DNA from: Sedimentisphaerales bacterium
GTDB taxonomy: Bacteria; Planctomycetota; Phycisphaerae; Sedimentisphaerales; SM23-30
Reading direction: 5' to 3'
NCBI GenBank assembly: GCA_963663965.2
Contig: CAXXFK010000028.1
Location: forward strand, 192,001-256,000
Length of the DNA: 64,000 nucleotides
Part shown: piece after piece, positions 61,664-64,000 of the stretch
Numbering within the stretch: position 1 is the stretch's first letter
Layout of the letters: every line of letters starts with the position of its first letter
Made by a program: the position numbers and the translations under genes
Notes under the pieces: generated by a model
What the model was told of the DNA's origin: nothing
Seen by the model: only the letters and a program-made list of their open reading frames with translations
Database searches by the model: none

Positions 61664-62810
61664 TCAGGATTTTAAATGCTTGCGAAAGTCACCGGGACTG
61701 ACTCGGTGATACCTGCGGAAAGCCACGAAAAGATTATTGTCACTGGCAAAACCGGTTCTGGCGGCTATGCCGGCGACTGATAATCTGGTATCCTTCAATA
61801 ATTCAGTCACTTTTTCCATTCGTACTCGCATGATTTCCTGGTGAATCGTTCGATGCAAGGTTCTCTGAAATGCTTTGCGCAGGCCTCTGGAGGTGAGTGT
61901 GGTTTGCGAGGCCACCTGTTCGACAGAGAGGGTTCTATCAGCAAAATGGCTCCAGATATAACGCAGTGCCTTGGCAACCTCAACATGATCCAGGGCAAGA
62001 ATGTCGGTGCTCAGGCGGGTGACGATTCCTCCGAAGCGAACACGAGTCAACGTTTCAGGCGGGTTTGTGCCCATCCATCAATCGATCCAGCAATGCCGCT
62101 CCTTCATAGGCCAGTACTTCCAGATCATACTGGATACTGGATAACGCGATGGGAACCGATTCACATACGATCTGATCATTATCAACTCCCAGGACCGCTA
62201 CCTGCTCCGGAACCAGTAATCCCGCTTCCAGGCAGGCGTCGATGACCTCAACGCCGACTCCGTCATTATAGGCAAAAACCGCAAACGGTTTGGGCACCTG
62301 TTGCAGCGCCTTGATCAGTTTTCTTCTCCGGGTTATCCAGTTTACTCGATTAGAACGATCATTTGACATCATTTCTGTCGGCAGTGAACAGCAACCAAAA
62401 CCGGCATTCTTTAGCGTTTCAATAAAGCCGCCCAGGCGCTCATGGTCCGGCACATCATCCGCAAAAGGCGCTACCGCGAAATTCTTAAAATACCGCTCCA
62501 GGAAATACTCCGCCGCCATCCGGCCGATTCCATGGTTATCGCTGGCCACTTTGGGCACATCCAGATCATCCCTGAGCAAAGATAGTTCCACCCTGGGAAG
62601 CCGCGCCTGCCTGATGAAATCCGCCAGATCATCCCGAAAACCACAAAATGAGATAATCCCGTCGCCTTGCCAGCCATAGGGTATTTTTCCAGTGTAGGCC
62701 ATGAAGGTGTTCAAGTGCCAGTCGTGTTCACCGGCATATCTGGAAATGCCGCGAAAAAAGCCATGGTGAGTGGAAGCCAGCGCCATCAAGACAGATTTTC
62801 TTTTTTGCAT
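61664..62810 (-). pseudogene. XylR-family regulator (LacI-type sensor + AraC HTH), frameshifted
   Basis: PEQVAVLGVDND and LSSI, then the AraC domain in another frame; removing one base at GGG 62061-62063 gives GHKPPETLTRV. Confidence 0.85.
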
Positions 62811-63066
62811 AAGTAGGTTATATTATGGCCTAAAGTTCCGAAAATTCAATAAATTATTACCAAAAATGAAGCTATTAAGACACTTTGTTTTGATTATAAT
62901 CGCAATCAATCTGTCCAGAAGTGTTTGAATGAAGACGCCAGCGTCAAAAGTCTTTTGGCGTGTTGTTTTTGAGTGATCAACGCCGTTTTTGTTCGCAATT
63001 TCTGACTTTTGTCGTGAACATCAATGAATAGTTATTTAATCGTTTCGTATCAGGGAGCCGGCCATT

Positions 63067-64000
63067 ATGCTGCATGATCCCAGTCACCATACGCCGCCAC
63101 CGGTAGCGGCTGAAATCAAATTGTCTGGTAAGGATGCCGGCATTCTGCGCCGTTTGGCCGGAGAGGTAGCGGAGATTGCCATGCTCCCCGTGCATCAGGA
63201 AAAAGCCTGCCTCTGGGCCAGGCTCAATGCATTACAATCGGAACGGCCGATGGTCTGGATCAATGAGATATGCTGGAACGAGATGAATGTTGATGATGAG
63301 TTAACCCTGCAATGTGAGCATTACTGGGCGCGGGATCAGGAAGACCAACTTCGAAAAACGATCTACCAATGGCAACACTTGCCGGGGGATATGGTGGTCA
63401 GTGATTTTCTGGTCTGTCCTCTGGCAATTCACAGTACGGATTTTGGGATCATTGAAGATGTGGATATTGTCAGGACGGATGAATCCAGCGATGTGGTATC
63501 CCGTCATTTCAATATCCAGATCAAAGAGATGGAAGACATCGACAAGATCAAATTGCCCCGGATCAGCCATAATGAACAGGCCACTGAATTCTGCTATCAG
63601 GCCATGCGCAAGGTATATGATGGTATTCTGCCGGTCAGGAAACAGGGTCAGACCCATATCTGGTTTACTCCGTGGGATTATCTGATTCGCTGGTGGGGTA
63701 TTCAGGAAGCGATGATCGATATGATCATGCGGCCGGAGATGGTCCATGCCGCAGTGGAGAAGATGGTCGATGCCTGGATGACCGAACTGGATCAGTTTGA
63801 AGCAATGAATCTGCTGTCTCTGGATAACAACAATACGCGGGTTGGTTCCGGGGGATATGGCTATACCGACGAGCTTCCCGGCGATGAGTTCGATCCGGAA
63901 CATATCAAAGCGCATAATATGTGGGGCTGTTCCAATGCCCAGATTTTTTCGGAAGTCTCGCCGGAGATGCACTGGGAATTTGCTGTCAAGCACGACCTGC
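63067..64000 (+). CDS. URO-D/methyltransferase-fold hypothetical protein, partial
   Basis: Not in the ORF track. GGGAG RBS, ATG at 63067, open to the window end; ILRRLA, RPMVWINE, RWWGIQEAMIDM..RPE and SEVSPEMHWEF. Confidence 0.65.
   Translation, partial: MLHDPSHHTPPPVAAEIKLSGKDAGILRRLAGEVAEIAMLPVHQEKACLWARLNALQSERPMVWINEICWNEMNVDDELTLQCEHYWARDQEDQLRKTIYQWQHLPGDMVVSDFLVCPLAIHSTDFGIIEDVDIVRTDESSDVVSRHFNIQIKEMEDIDKIKLPRISHNEQATEFCYQAMRKVYDGILPVRKQGQTHIWFTPWDYLIRWWGIQEAMIDMIMRPEMVHAAVEKMVDAWMTELDQFEAMNLLSLDNNNTRVGSGGYGYTDELPGDEFDPEHIKAHNMWGCSNAQIFSEVSPEMHWEFAVKHDL

Noticed and set aside
62055..62057. Selenocysteine or read-through TGA in XylR
   Set aside because: The AraC domain continues in a different frame, so this is a frameshift.
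63301..63993. 230-aa minus-strand ORF
   Set aside because: Shadow of the plus-strand gene starting at 63067.

Overview
Bacterial window, probably a planctomycete (Phycisphaerae/Sedimentisphaerales-like; inferred from GLUG proteins with dockerin-like tails and the CAZyme set). All family calls are by-eye motif recognition, not database searches. The left part (1-~27.4 kb) is the right-hand end of tandem islands integrated at tRNA-Asn(GTT). Only two 3'-half tRNA copies (att sites, 22727-22773 and 27338-27406) are present, so the intact tRNA should lie left of the window. The larger, mostly AT-rich island carries four things. (i) A leftward operon running off the window edge that looks like a highly divergent contractile injection/T6SS-like machine: a sheath-like ORF missed by the ORF track, a degenerate PAAR protein, and a membrane protein with an OmpA-like tail. 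(ii) Divergently, an exported TPR-CHAT caspase-like protease, two small membrane paralogues, an unusual sigma factor with two region-4 domains, and an anti-sigma-like/TM/trypsin fusion. (iii) Three small genes sharing an N-terminal FIVxPxGxTxI motif, one of which heads the sheath operon. (iv) An AEP primase-excisionase-integrase module, two IS66-family copies and IS remnants. A 4.6 kb integrase-less islet (AEP-SF2 helicase plus AbiE toxin-antitoxin) lies between the two att copies, followed by an IS630. The right part (28.9-64 kb) is host-like: GLUG surface proteins, a serine hydrolase, GH92, frameshifted GH106, GH5-like, GH172-like and GH50-like enzymes, a phosphatase, a frameshifted XylR and a URO-D-like gene. 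No CRISPR array, rRNA or intact tRNA was seen.
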